A stretch of 64,000 nucleotides of DNA from Trichosphaerium sp. ATCC 40318 (lineage: Eukaryota > Protista > Tubulinea), in assembly GCA_038496445.1 (NCBI GenBank), contig JALMLS010000483.1:1-64000 (forward strand), read 5' to 3'. Both the position numbers and the translations under genes were made by a program. Below are positions 25,578 through 38,277 of the stretch, one piece after another; positions within the stretch are counted from its first letter, which is position 1, and each line of letters begins with the position of its first letter. The notes under the pieces are model-generated. The model did not search any database. It was not told where the DNA came from and saw nothing but the letters and a program-made list of their open reading frames with translations.

Positions 25578-26901
25578 ATGCCAAAAGGATCAAATAAAAC
25601 ACAAAGTCAAGCAAAGCAACCAAATAGGTTAGCAGCAAAAGTGATATTGGTTGGAAACTCTGGTAAGTCCATGATAATCGCAGAGCTAAATAGACGCGAA
25701 ATACACAATTATTTGCATGGTATTTACTACCCCTCTTTGTAGCTGTTGGAAAGACATCTATTATACAGCGGTATGTGTATAATAAGTATGGGAGGCATGA
25801 CAGCACCATAGGAGCTGCGTTTGTATGACAATTTCTTTCGTTTTATTTGAAAACTTGTCGAACTTTGCTTTCTGTTCTTTCTGTTTCAATAACTGTTTCA
25901 TGGACCACTCACTCGATTTAGCTTACTAAGGAAGTACCAGGAAAGACTATCCAAACCGTTAAACTTGAGATGTGGGAGTAAGTCACGGGCATTACTTATT
26001 GTTTCAAAAAACTGAACTTTTACAGCACTGCTGGGAGAATGAGATTCCAAAGTTTTGCGCGTACGTAAGGAAAAACAGTTTGTTGCCAGTCTCCCGTGGA
26101 TTTGAATTGAAATAACGCTATTTTGTAAAAAGTTAAGCCTACTTTGAAAAAGGCTACTCGCGATTTGTAGCACGCACGTGACTTTCTGCTTTGTGCTCCA
26201 TAAGGATACACTAATGCTGTAGCTTGCAGAATTGCACAAGGCTACCTATGTTCATAAACCTTCCCGAAAAATCAGGCTGAAGCTAACACAAAATAGCGTT
26301 ATTTTGGGTCAAATCATGTTTTGTGCTTGTTACTGATTCAACGTAGCAATGTATTATCGTGGCGCGGACATGACGTTATTGGTATTCGACATTGCAAGGA
26401 GGGACTCTTTTGAGAGACTTCAGGTTTATAGAGACGAACTATTACAATATCAAAGGGAGCCAAAAGACCAGGTTTTAATTCTTGTTTTTTGTAAAATGTA
26501 ATTTTATAGCTAACTGTTTCGTGTAGATTCAATTCGTTGTTGTTGGAAATAAATGTGATCTAGATGATAGACAAGTATCTGAGAAAGAAATACAAGAACT
26601 CGTGACATATTGGAAGTGTCCATATTATGAAGTTAGTGCTAAAACGGTACGCTTTTCTCTTTTTTCTTTTCTGCAGTTTTCTTGTTTTGGATTAGTTTCC
26701 TTTGATTTTCTGTTCGCTATTCTTATGCAATAAAAGGGAAAAAACATTCATGAAATGTTTGAAGATGTAGCACGTGTGACAGAGACATCATTATTAAAAA
26801 AATCTTTTCTACAACGTACTAAGCCAATTATAATACAAGAACCCACTCATGATGAAAAAGGTGGTTTGTTTAGCTACCTAGCATCGTGGTTTGGACAATA
26901 A
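25578..26901 (+). CDS. Divergent Rab-like small GTPase A
   Basis: Spliced motifs: VILVGNSAVGKT, STIGAAF, WDTAGRMRF, MYYRGAD, VGNKCD, EVSAKTG. Ends GLFSYLASWFGQ*. Confidence 0.9.
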
Positions 26902-27466
26902 ACTAAACTTATCCTTGCTACTTCTCAGTTCACATGAGACTCTTGGGAGTCTTTGATTTGTTGATAGCTTACTAACGACCATAATCAAATAACTGTGAGT
27001 ACTACACGAAATAACTATGAACTACAGTTTCACTACAACTTGCTTATTAATCAATAGCCCAATCTTGATTTAACACGTGTTTGTAAAACGGCTTTATTTT
27101 ATTGATATCCAAACCATGACGCTAGGTAGCTAAACAAACTATCTTTTTTATCCTGATTGGGTTCTGATGAAATATTTTGCTCCAATTCAGGTTTGGGTAG
27201 CAGTGCAGTTTCAGTTACACGTGCTACATCCGCAAACATTTCATGAATGTTTTTTCCCTTTTATTGCATAAGAATAGCGAACAGAAAATCAAAGGAAATT
27301 AATCCAAAACAAGAAAACTGCAGAAAAGAAAAAAGAGAAAAGCGTACCGTTTTAGCACTAACTTCATAATATGGACACTCCCAATATGTCACGAGTTCTT
27401 GTATTTCTTTCTCAGATACTTGTCTATCATCTAGATCACATTTATTTCCAACGACAACGAATTGAA
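26528..27466. repeat. Inverted repeat, arms 26528-26777 and 27217-27466
   Basis: About 250-bp arms with about 5 mismatches by manual comparison, including the last intron of both Rab genes. Confidence 0.9.
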
Positions 27467-28154
27467 CCTATGTGAACCATTTACACGATGACAAAAACAA
27501 AGAATAAGTTCTTACTTTCTCTGGCTCCTTTTGGCACTTCAGAACTTCTTCTCCCCAAACTGAAAGGTACTCAAATGATCTCTTACGTGCAATATCAAAT
27601 ACTAATAACACTGTATTTGTATCTCGGTAAAACCAATCTAAAAAAAAGTAAGAAAATAAAGAGAAGCATTAGAAGCTTACAACCAATGGAGCGGAAACGT
27701 CTGCCACCGGTGCTAGAAAACTATTAGTTTTGCTTGCAAATGTGATATGACTTACTCCCATATCTGTAGTTTAATGGCTTTAATTCTCTTTCCTGGTACC
27801 TCTTTAGTAAGCTAAAACGTGTGAGTTGCCCATGGTTGTATAATGAAGCAATGCTTGGCTCAAACCGACAAAAAAAAGTTTTCTTTTCAAATAAAGTGAA
27901 GTTACTTCTGACTTACAAAGTCTGCGCCAATTGTGCTCTTGTGACTCATGCAGTCATCATATACATATCTATGCACAATGGATGTTTTTCCAACAGCTAG
28001 AATAAGACGGGTTAATACAAAAGTGCTGTTACCGCGTCTATTTGGCTGATAAATATCACGTGGCCTTACATGAATCTCCAACCAATATCACTTTCCCAAC
28101 CAACCGATCTGGTTGTTTTGGTTCTTCTTTGATTTTACTAGAACCTTTTGGCAT
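27099..28154 (-). CDS. Divergent Rab-like small GTPase B (inverted paralogue of A)
   Basis: VILVGDSSVGKT, STIGADF, WDTGGRRFRSI, VGNKCD, EVSAKTG. Ends SLFSYLASWFGYQ*. Same intron positions as A. Confidence 0.9.
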
Positions 28155-28257
28155 TATTTTAAACGGTTAAACTACAGTGTGATAATCGCAAAAAAAATAC
28201 AACTAAGTCACTCAGGCAATGAATGTGAAGAAAAAATATACACGACGAAGTTTGATT

Positions 28258-30056
28258 TTAATCCATAGTTACATCCCTCACTGTGTCTAATTGAGTCTCT
28301 CTCAAGTTCCAAGGTAGTATAGATTGTCTAAGGGATGGTACAGAGAATACAACAACAAAGAAAACCAAGATAGCCTGCAAAACATCAGAAAAACAACCCA
28401 ATGTATGAAACTTAAGTGCTTTTTTCGTACCAGTACAATTGCACCTATCGTTGCCCCGACGATGATAGGCATGTTATTATTTGAACAATCATCTTTACTC
28501 AGTATTAATATATCAAGTCTACACGTGAGTTAATTAAGCGAAAGGTGCTTCATAAAAAAAGTACCCTCCAGCATGTTTTTCTGGAGTTACATCAGCGCAT
28601 TCGTTTTGCTCATTTTTGTTAACAACATCAACAGTTCCATTGAAACAGGGTGATAGAATAGCATTTATTCGCTTGTTAGACGACTTGTCAATATCCGAAA
28701 CGTCAATCGACAACGAACTGTTTGTCGTCAATATCAAACAGCCTAAGACAAAAAAAGTAAACAAAAAAGTCAAGAACATTAATTTTGATGGCTCCTGTCA
28801 AAGCAAAGAATAGGCTAGGCATACCCAGTATCTAGTCTTTTCCTTCCACAGCTCGTCAAAAACAAAACTTACCTGATATGTTGAGACTAGTAAATGTATC
28901 TGAAGTAAGGACCAATACTACATTGCCATTATTTGTAAAGTCTCCGTTTATGACTGTAGGTGTTGTTATAATCAAAGCAGATGGAAGATCTAAAGGAACG
29001 ACATAGTCTCCGTCAAAGGTGCATCCAGTTGTATCATTGCATTCCAAGCACGTGTTGTCCTCACACGAAACTAAACCGACTTAACAACAGTCTTACGCAT
29101 TAGAATAAGTTCCGAATACTTACTTTTGGGAGTTTCAGTAGGGGCTTCAGTGGGCATAGCAGATGGTGCCTCAGAAGGCGTTTCAGTAGGAGCTTCAGTA
29201 GGAGCTTCAGTGGGAGTTTCAGTTGGAGCTTCAGTTGGAGCTTCAGTGGGAGGTGGAGGGAAAAAGCACGATGAAACAGATACAAGGAGCCCGCCAATAT
29301 TTCCTGCATTATTAAGTGTAATGGCAAGGTTATGACTTCCTTCTTTTACATTAAAACTGAAGTCGGTAGCTTGTCTGTAATCCATGTAATGTGCGTTCCA
29401 AGTAAAGTCTATATCCTCATTATCTAGCTCTACTCTAACAACACTGTTATCTGCCCAACATCTCATTGTTAAATTGCCCGCTAACAAACATTAGAAAAAA
29501 ATGTCATGTGAGACAACAACAGAACTTTACGCACCACTCTCTGATTGAAATGTTGTCTGAAAAGTAAGGTCGCCTCTAATATCTCCAAAACCCTGCCATG
29601 TTATCCACGAAGTCTAAAAATACAAATAAGTTAATAGTATCCAAGTGCCGGCTATTTTTGAATTGAGAACTTACAGGTGCGAATGAAGGCTCGTTAATTG
29701 GATGTATCCACGTGTCAAGAGCAGGACTCGATGAAAAAGGTAAGGCATACGATGAGCAACAACCCGTCAGAGGATCAGGACTACCATCGCCAAAACAGTC
29801 TGAAAACTCCAGTATAGTGCTCTCGCAGATACTCCAGTGCGTATCTCGAACTTGCGTCATTTGTATTGGCAGAGCTTCGAAAGCATCATTTAAACCTTTT
29901 TCTAAGTAAAACAACGCGTCTGTAAGTAAAATAAACCATACCTGTTGGGTACAGGCCAATATCTGTCAAACACTCTTGTATTTCTTGTTCGTAAGGCGTA
30001 AACGCATTGGTTAAACCGAATAGAAGTATTGTAACGAGTATTAGAGAGTAGCGCAT
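28258..30056 (-). CDS. Type I membrane surface protein with PTEA mucin stalk
   Basis: Signal MRYSLILVTILLFGLTNA; beta-rich domain (ADN..HNLAITLNNAGNIGGLL); PTEA repeats; TM segment IIVGATIGAIVL|AILVFFVVVF; short cytoplasmic tail. Confidence 0.75.
29126..29258 (-). repeat. 12-bp coding tandem repeat (PTEA/PTET)
   Basis: Repeated GGAGCTTCAGT(A/T/G) units. Confidence 0.9.
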
Positions 30057-30472
30057 CCTTTCAAAGTGAAATCAAAGCTATCGCGTGGGTTGGTCTTTTT
30101 TTGGATAATCACGTGATCAAGAGCTTCTTCGACGTTCTTGACACAATGCAGTTTAAAAACACAAAACAATTCACACATCACTATGTAAATCAAAAAGTCG
30201 TATTCGCGTAAAAACTAGTTTTCATAAGCAATGTATACAGCTTCAGGAAGTGGTTCATACTAAAGTCTGGAATAGGACAAATAGTGTAAGATGTTTGTGT
30301 TTGTGTAATAGGCTTACATGCTTTGGATTCGCTTGGCGATAGACGGCAAAAATCTATTCATATATAAAGCTAACTGGTTGAGTGACTATAGACGCTAAAC
30401 GCCACCTCTTCATAGTGAAGTTTAAGTCACAGACAACGTTAAGCAAGATGCAAACAACAATACAGCTCAAAA

Positions 30473-31693
30473 ATGAACTCAAACAGAGCATTCTTTGATG
30501 AGATACCTGTTGAAGTAGTTATTTATATTCTAGAATACGTTTCCGTGCTATCTATGCACTCAGTTGTACGTACATCCAAATTATTGTCAAACGTCGCCAA
30601 AAAGTACCTGGGATACACAAATAGACGAGATATTATCATCAAAACGAAGAAAAAGCTTAAGAAACTGTACACAAAGGAACCTCATCTTATTACAACAAAT
30701 ACGCTTACTATCAAGTTCCGTATGTACCAAAAGCATGTAGATTACCTTTCAGGAGTTCATTCGCTCAGGATATTGTCAAAGTTCAGTAAAGAGGTAGACT
30801 TTTCTGATTTTAAGGACATTACAAGCTTAGACTTTAATTCCTGCAAGTCAGTGACTGACGATCATCTGAAACAACTTGCTGGAATACAAAAAATATCTCT
30901 TAATGACACGTGCATTACAGATAAAGGTGTAAAAGCATTAGGATTAGCTGGCGTCCATGAAATTGGTTTAAGTTACTGCAATGGTATTACAGATGAAGGC
31001 ATTGAGGCTTTAGCTGGTGTCCATACAATAGATTTAAGTTATTGTAATGGTATTACAGATGAAGGTATCAAGGCGTTGGCTGGTGTTCATGATATTAATC
31101 TAGCATGTTGCAGAACTGTAACTGATGTTGGTGTCAAAACATTAAAAGGTGTTCATACAATAGATTTACGCTATTGTACAAATGTCGGAGATAGTGGTAT
31201 TAAAGCATTAGCTGGAGCTCATACAATACACCTGTTCTTTACAAAAGTAACAGATGAAGGTGTTAAAGCACTTGCTGGAGCACATGAAATAAATGTTGGT
31301 TTTACAAAGGTGACAGATAAAAGTATTAAAGCACTATCTGGTGCTCATACTATTGGCCTGTACAATACTACAGTGACTGATAAATACCTTAAAGAATTGG
31401 CTGGCGTTCATTCTATAAACTTAGGGTATTGTGAAAACATAACAGATGAAGGAGTTAAAGCTTTAGTTGGTGTTCATACAATTAATCTTTCACACACAAA
31501 TGTGACAGATAAAGCACTTGGTGCTTTAAAAGGCGTTTGTATTATAAATGTAAAGGGCTGTGAACATGTTTCAAAGGCAGCTGTTAAAGAGCTTGTGAGT
31601 GATGGTGTACTTGATATTTCAGGTATGTGTTACACACCAGAGAAAACAAAATCAATGGGTATTAGTCGTAAGAACAATAGTTTATTTTACTAA
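30473..31693 (+). CDS. F-box + leucine-rich repeat protein (GVHTIDLS-type 21-22 aa repeats), intronless
   Basis: FDEIPVEVVIYILEYV F-box followed by about 12 repeats LxGVHTIxLxxxxxITDEGxKAL. Confidence 0.9.
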   Translation: MNSNRAFFDEIPVEVVIYILEYVSVLSMHSVVRTSKLLSNVAKKYLGYTNRRDIIIKTKKKLKKLYTKEPHLITTNTLTIKFRMYQKHVDYLSGVHSLRILSKFSKEVDFSDFKDITSLDFNSCKSVTDDHLKQLAGIQKISLNDTCITDKGVKALGLAGVHEIGLSYCNGITDEGIEALAGVHTIDLSYCNGITDEGIKALAGVHDINLACCRTVTDVGVKTLKGVHTIDLRYCTNVGDSGIKALAGAHTIHLFFTKVTDEGVKALAGAHEINVGFTKVTDKSIKALSGAHTIGLYNTTVTDKYLKELAGVHSINLGYCENITDEGVKALVGVHTINLSHTNVTDKALGALKGVCIINVKGCEHVSKAAVKELVSDGVLDISGMCYTPEKTKSMGISRKNNSLFY

Positions 31694-32054
31694 ACACAAA
31701 TCTCAGGAAATAAAAAAATGTTACAAGATTGCTTTAAAGAAATACAATAATAGAACTCATGAATATACCAGTATGAAAGGAGTTGATTTTAGAATACAAG
31801 CACCATACACTGTAATTCTTCACCTTGTTATTGCTATTGAAACGTCTTTTTCCCTCTGTAATCCTTCATTGGGTAAGCTGTATGTATGAGTAAAATCGAT
31901 TCCCTGAACGATAGATTATAGTAGTTGGTGAGGAAGAGTTGTGTGGAACAGGAGAAAGAGAAGTAATAATGCCGTTTACTTGTTCATTTTTTTTTGGTGT
32001 GTACTATGGGAAAAGATAACAGATTTTTCTGTGCAAAAAAAAAAAGTGTCATAG

Positions 32055-32752
32055 ATAGTGTTAAGAGTCGACTTTTGACTTGAGTCGACTCATTTTCAAC
32101 GTGTGTATATAAACTAAAACATGTTGACTCACGACTCAACGTTGATTTTAACCCTGACTCGGGCGTATGACTGCACAAAAGGTGACTCACCACAGTGGTT
32201 AACCTAACGCTGTATGAGTACAACTGGTGCACTGAGTCGCACTGGACACGAGTTTTAACCCCGTAGCAAAGTCGAGTGAACAAAAAACAAGCCATTTTTG
32301 AATAGCAAAATTATTTATTACATTGGGGCTAAAAACGTGCTCGAGTCGTGAGTGGTTTTTTTGTTCATTTAACATTGTGACTCCATGTCTGCCGGGTAAA
32401 AGTGGTGCCGAGTCGGACTCAACCATTCGAGTTGTAACTGACTGAGGTTAAAGAGCGGGATCAAGTCACAAAGGAGGTGTTTTTATTAACACGTGACTAG
32501 TGTAGATTTTACACTTGTGTCACGAGTCAGTATTCACTATGACTAGGGCTTGTGTCAGGGGTAAAAACAGTGCTGAGTCATGAGTCAGTACGCTTATTAC
32601 TCCATGTATGTCAGGGATAACAATGTGCTCAAGTCATGAGTCAGTATGCACTATGACTCGGGTTGCGTCAAGCTAAAAATGGTGCTGAGTTGTACTTAAC
32701 TATTAGAGTTGTAACATTTTTCAAATCTCCGACTGACTTGGATGACTCAAGC
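32055..32752. repeat. GAGTC/GACTC motif-dense element containing three ~57-bp degenerate tandem units (about 32519-32690); possible non-autonomous DNA transposon remnant
   Basis: About 18 GAGTC/GACTC pentamers in about 700 bp (manual count). Units of the form GTCA(C/T)GAGTCAGTA...TGTCAGGG...GTGCT. Confidence 0.6.
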
Positions 32753-32964
32753 GTTTTTTTTCAAAGGGTACTACTCCCTTTGGGAATTTTCAAAAAGTCA
32801 CGTTTTTTTAACCGCCATATTTGGCGACTCTGAAGCATGCTCTCATGCCATAGTACCTAGCCATAGAGTTATTTATTGTTGTAATGAAGGAGCGTTTAAG
32901 AAAATAATTTTGATGGAAAACCAGTCTTATAACTATACTATTGCTTTATTGAAAGGATTTTACA

Positions 32965-35900
32965 TTAATTTGTAAACGGGTTATTCTTTAGTGTTGAGCA
33001 CCAAGCTAGAACTTGAGTTGCACTATCAGTAACCTTTGTACATTTCAACTTTTCAAGATTCTTTGCAGCGCTGACTTTACCACAAAAAACTACAATAGGA
33101 ATACTCTTCCATTCCTTGTGTTTACGTAACAGCCTATACACATCCTCATGAGCTTGAATTTAGGTACAAAAGTAGTAAGGACATACGTAATAAGATTATA
33201 TGCTGCATTCTCTTTACCATCATTCTTGCGATATCTATTTGTCATAACCATCAACTTCTTACCTTGTAAATGTCTCGCAATAGTCTCAAGCCATATTTTA
33301 AGCTCTGTGGATGACGTCATATTTATTATCTAAATACAGTCAAGACATGATAGTCAAATGCACAAACCGCACGTGAACTCTAAAGTTGCTTGATTTTTCT
33401 ATTTCTTTTTTCAATTGTTTGTTTTGATTGGATAAATTGTTATCAACCCAAAGAACAAGTTTCTCTGCATCACGCCATTCCAAGTTTTTATCTTTTAGTT
33501 GACTAAACACTATTCCATTGTTTTTCTTGACGTTGGCTGTATCAACACGTTTATAGTACACAATGTATCGAGGTAAGATCTAGTCAACAGTAAAGACATA
33601 CATGAACACATCTAAAGTAGCTAAGTACCTGATCTTTGTTGAAAATAACAATTTCGTCAGCTTCAGGATCCTCGTGCGGCTTACAAGGAACTTGAAGATC
33701 TTTAATATTTGCACTTCTTGTGACAACGTAATGTGAGTCGTATCCATCCTACACAAAAAAAATTAAACACTGGCTACAAAGCAAGATTTGTACAACTAAG
33801 CCTTTCCCAAGAAGTGATGAAGATGAATCTTTGAAAGGATCCTCAGTTACAGGATATGGTTTACCTGAAAATAACGTGAGATTGTTATACGATTCATTGT
33901 GTTTTATAAAACACACGTGCCCATCATGACCCAAGAGATAACCATACATTGAACTTTTTTTTTTTCAGCCTTCTCAGCGTACAATGAGCCTACAATCTTT
34001 GGTTATGTATAATGATTTTCTTAAGTATGTGTACCATAAGAAGGATACTGTGTGAAATATATACCATCACCTACATGATAATTACGTTAAATAGAACAGC
34101 AAAACTTACCAAAGTATCCTGGATCAGTCACTTTGATGCCCATCCGGTTTTTGTCTTTTGCATCCAAAAAGTTGTTTTCGGCTATTTTGAAGCATGTATC
34201 CTAAACACCAATAGAAATTCGAGCTAAATTTAAAGCTTGAACGTACTTCAGAAGTACCACTAAAAGCTGCTATGAGGTTAATACGTTCATTACCAGAGAC
34301 ACGCATGGTGTATTGCTCCAAATGAGTTAGAATCCTAAAGAGCAATAAATATGTAAGCCTAGAATGCTTCTTTACCATTGCTGCCACTCTTGCTTCTCTG
34401 TTCGCTTCAATGTATCTGAATCAGGTACTTGTTTAAGTGATTAGTTGAGATGTGATTTATAGTACTGGACATACTGTAAGTGTTATAGTTGGACTTTAAC
34501 AGTCTTTGCACTAATTTGTTATGTGTTTCTTGAAACTTTCTTTCAAGTACACGATTGCGTAGCACAGTAGTCTTTACTATCTCAAACAAAGAACTTCCAT
34601 CGTTTCCCACAAACTCATAGAACATATCACGAACACGAAGGTATTCCTCTTTGCGGTCCTTTAAAGTCCTTATAAGTCCTTATAAGTGCAAGAAAAATGA
34701 GTGTGATACATTAAAAGCTTCATTAGGTGTAAGATCAGTATACTCCAAATCTCCTTTTTGTTTCCAAAGGTGTTTGCGAGTTCCCAACCTTTTCTTTTTT
34801 ATTGTGTATCTAGTGATACTTGTTAATGGTAACAGCTAATAAACGTTTGTACTTAATACTGCTCCATAAAGGATTGAGAATACTTTTTTGCAAAGGAAAC
34901 CCCTGGATTAAGTCATTGGCGCTTAGTTGTAGACCTGTAAAGGTGCATTTCCTGCCGTGTTTAATTTCTTGATCAGAAAGTGGCACTATTTTACCAATTA
35001 AAGCCCCACAAGGGCATATTGGATAGCATTTAAGACTAAACTCAGTGCACTCTTTGGCAAGATGTTCCTAAAAAGTGTAAGTTTCTAAAACCTGAAAGCA
35101 ATAGTACCTTCCATGTCTCTGGAACAAGACCACGGACAACAATAGTAATATTCTCATTATTGAGGTATAAACACATGACGTTCCCATCTGTATCTTTTAG
35201 AATCATAGAGTTACAAAACAACTTGTATCTACTATCATGCAATCCTATAAAAACCCACTTAATAGAAGTTGTGCAGCTATTGAGGTGTACTTCTTAACTT
35301 TCCTTGAAGTTCATTAAAAACATCAACAGTTATTGGCCTGTTTTCTCTTCTTAAATTGAAAGCTAGTATTCGAACAGTGTTGTAAAAGGTAATATATTGT
35401 CGTTCAGAGTACTTAACTTGTACTTGACAACATTTGTTTTTGGCATCCATATACTTGTATAGTAGTGTTTTCTTTCCCTCTAATAAAGCAATAAGTCAAA
35501 TAATATTCTCACTTTTTTCTGGAATTTGTTTACCACGCTTATCTTTTTTCTCAAAGTGATGAACTCTTAAGATAGTATTATTTTGCCTCCTGTCCTTTAT
35601 AAACATCTCTTGGTGATCACTTTGCATAGGTGGAGGTAGGTACATCATCTCAGCCTCAGCTCTCAAGCTATAAAACAAGTATCCTTTTTGGCCATAGTTT
35701 TTCTAAGCAACCAAAGTCAGCAGGCTATATATCAAGTGAGCAACCTAAAAAATACTATACCTCTTCTTCTGTATTGAGCTTGTAACATATGTTGAGTGCT
35801 TCCATAAAAGATAAAATTGAATTGCATTCTTTATCAGTAATTGCCATAAGGCTTGGTATGGATTTGATTTTTTCTTTAGCAACACAATAGCTTACAATTG

Positions 35901-37959
35901 CTGTTCTCCTTGTCTTTAAGTTCTTGGTATATCCATTTATTCGTTTGATATGTTGTTCTGGACCTACAAAACTGGCAATAACATGGGCAATTGTTTCTGG
36001 TCTCATACAAATCCATTGCGTTTGCTACAAAGATTAATAATGGTTTTAGCAACAATACTCTCAGTACCTTTGTATATATTACCTTACCAGCACAATGCAA
36101 GTATTCAATTGCTAATAACAAATTGGTTTTTTCTTTGAAATGAGCCATGTCACTTCTAGCTGGCGTTTGTAATGCGTAATTATTTTTCTCCAAGTATTTA
36201 TGCAGTCCATCTCTATCTTTGTCAAATAAGCTGATGGTCTTTTAACGTACATTGTCCATAGTAGCTTCGATGAATAGTCAAATAAGTATAATGACAAAAG
36301 AGAAGCTAAATATATTGCACATATCACTGGAATAGGTGTTTTGATAGTTTGTATACAATCTGATAACACTTTTTTGAGTATGTTAACACTTTTGCCTTAT
36401 TGGAAAAAAAACCAAAGGTGAGCAAGTAAATAGTAAACAATGCAAAAGTTACACATACTAGATAAAGCTGACATGACCAAGTTACTATCAAAAATTACCG
36501 ATAGCTTATTTTCAGGTATTTTTGATACATATTGACTGATTTGCCTCTTGATATTACCAACAATTTCACCTATTGCATCTTTTGGCTTGTTTACAAGATC
36601 AAATTTGTTTCCAACAACTATCAGTGGTCTTGGTTTTTTAGCATAAAGCAAACCTTTGGAATCAAGAACGTCTAACCAGTGACAAATATGTTGTGTTTGG
36701 GTCGTTAAATCAGTTGATACGTCAACCTTTTTTAGACAAACAAGTGAATGAAGATAAATTTAATTGTTAAAAATGGTGTACCACTATCAAGTAAATCGAC
36801 TCTTTGTCGGAAAAGAATGATTTATGACAAGTAAGATACTCTATTTGGCCTCCAAAGTCATATGCAATGCTTTCAACTTTCTTTACCAGGTTCAAAGAGC
36901 GAATGCTAAGTGATATTGTGGATGTGGCAATGTCTTTGGATCGTTTGTCTTCAAGCTTGTTGAGTATCGTCGTTTTACCTTCAGTTAAAGCTTAGAAACA
37001 TGCAGCTTGTGGGACAAAGAGCCTTAGTACCTGAACCCCCATGCCCAAGCACAAGTATCTTTATATCTCCAAATAGTTTAAGGCGCATTGGAAAGACCCT
37101 TTCAGGTGTACTCAGGCAAGCATCATACACTCTATTGACTCCATATAGTGAAACGAGTGAAATCTCCATATAATGAGATGCACCTAATTCTCTTGCCATT
37201 TGAGCACCTTGTATTGTACTTAGAGAACAAAACAAAATCAAACTATACCATACAATCGCTGTAAGTGATTGCTCTTTTTCCTATTTTCCTGTCTCCATCC
37301 CCAACAAGCACCAAACGTGTGTATGGAGCCAAACGGCGTATTTCAGGCACCCACTAGTAGCAGTATCACGTGAAAGTACAAAGACATAAAAGAATTGAAA
37401 AAAAAAAATTAAGTCTGTTTGAGTGTGCAGTCACTGCGCATGAGGGTTTTGTTTTCATTGTAACAATACCCAAATAATACCTTATCTTTTATAGAGTTAA
37501 AGCTGTTTGTATCAGTAATAGAGAAAATAAGAACAAATACATCAGCCACCTAAAAAAAAAAAAATTATCAAATTTAATTCGCTGTTAGCTAAAACACAAC
37601 TATGGTTTCGCTAAAAACTGAAACTATTTCACAGCTTTATTAACTTACTGGATATGTTTCAAATCTATTGGGATCAGATTCTTTGGTATGCTGAAGTAAT
37701 TAGCTAATAATATGAACACCTCTTTGTACCAACATCCTCAAATTAAAGCCAGATTTGGTGTATCGCCGCTCTGTGATGTATTTTTTAAAAATCTAAGCGT
37801 TGACACAGTAAACAATCTGAACAACTTACCTCTGTCTGTTTTGTGTACACAATCAAAGTTTAAACGATTGATCTCAAAAGCGTTTAGAAGCGATGATTTA
37901 ATGTTATTCAAATCATTGCCAACAATCGTGACAGTCAACCAACAGTGTGAAGGTTCCAT
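32965..37959 (-). CDS. Multidomain protein: degenerate Rho-like domain + Roc GTPase + COR-like + PARP-like ADP-ribosyltransferase + receiver-like domain
   Basis: Rho-like: YPVADVFVLIFSI..SFNSIKDKWVPEIRR..GAQMARELGASHYMEIS. Roc: ILVLGHGGSGKTT, YDFGGQIEY..HKSF, VVGNKFD. ART: EEYLRVRDMF, RNRVLERKF, NERINLIAAFSGT, DPGYFGDGIYFTQ, SWVMMGKPYPVTE, GYDSHYV, DEIVIF..QILPRYIV. C-terminal LWVDNN..MTNRYRK..VFCG. Confidence 0.82.
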
Positions 37960-38277
37960 TGGCCTTACGATACTTGATTTTTAGTGTTTAGCTCCTTAAA
38001 TTAGGAATCTAAATACCACTCACGTTTAATCTGCTAGATTTTACTAGCCTGCGTTTGCGAAGGTTTTGCCATTTGTTGAAAAGGATACTGTCCTTAATTC
38101 TGATTAAGATGTTAGTAAAAAGTTGCGCATTATATAGGCTGTTACGTAAACACAAGGAATGGAAGAGTATTCCTATTGTCGTTTTCTGTGGTAAAGTCAG
38201 CGCTAGAAAATTGTAGAATAGACAAAACAATCTTAAATTGCCTATTTATTTAACTAATTACTAACAAATTGAACTAT

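Noticed and set aside
32519-32690. CRISPR-like array
   Set aside because: Units are degenerate along their whole length with no unique spacers, and there are no cas genes in this eukaryotic context.
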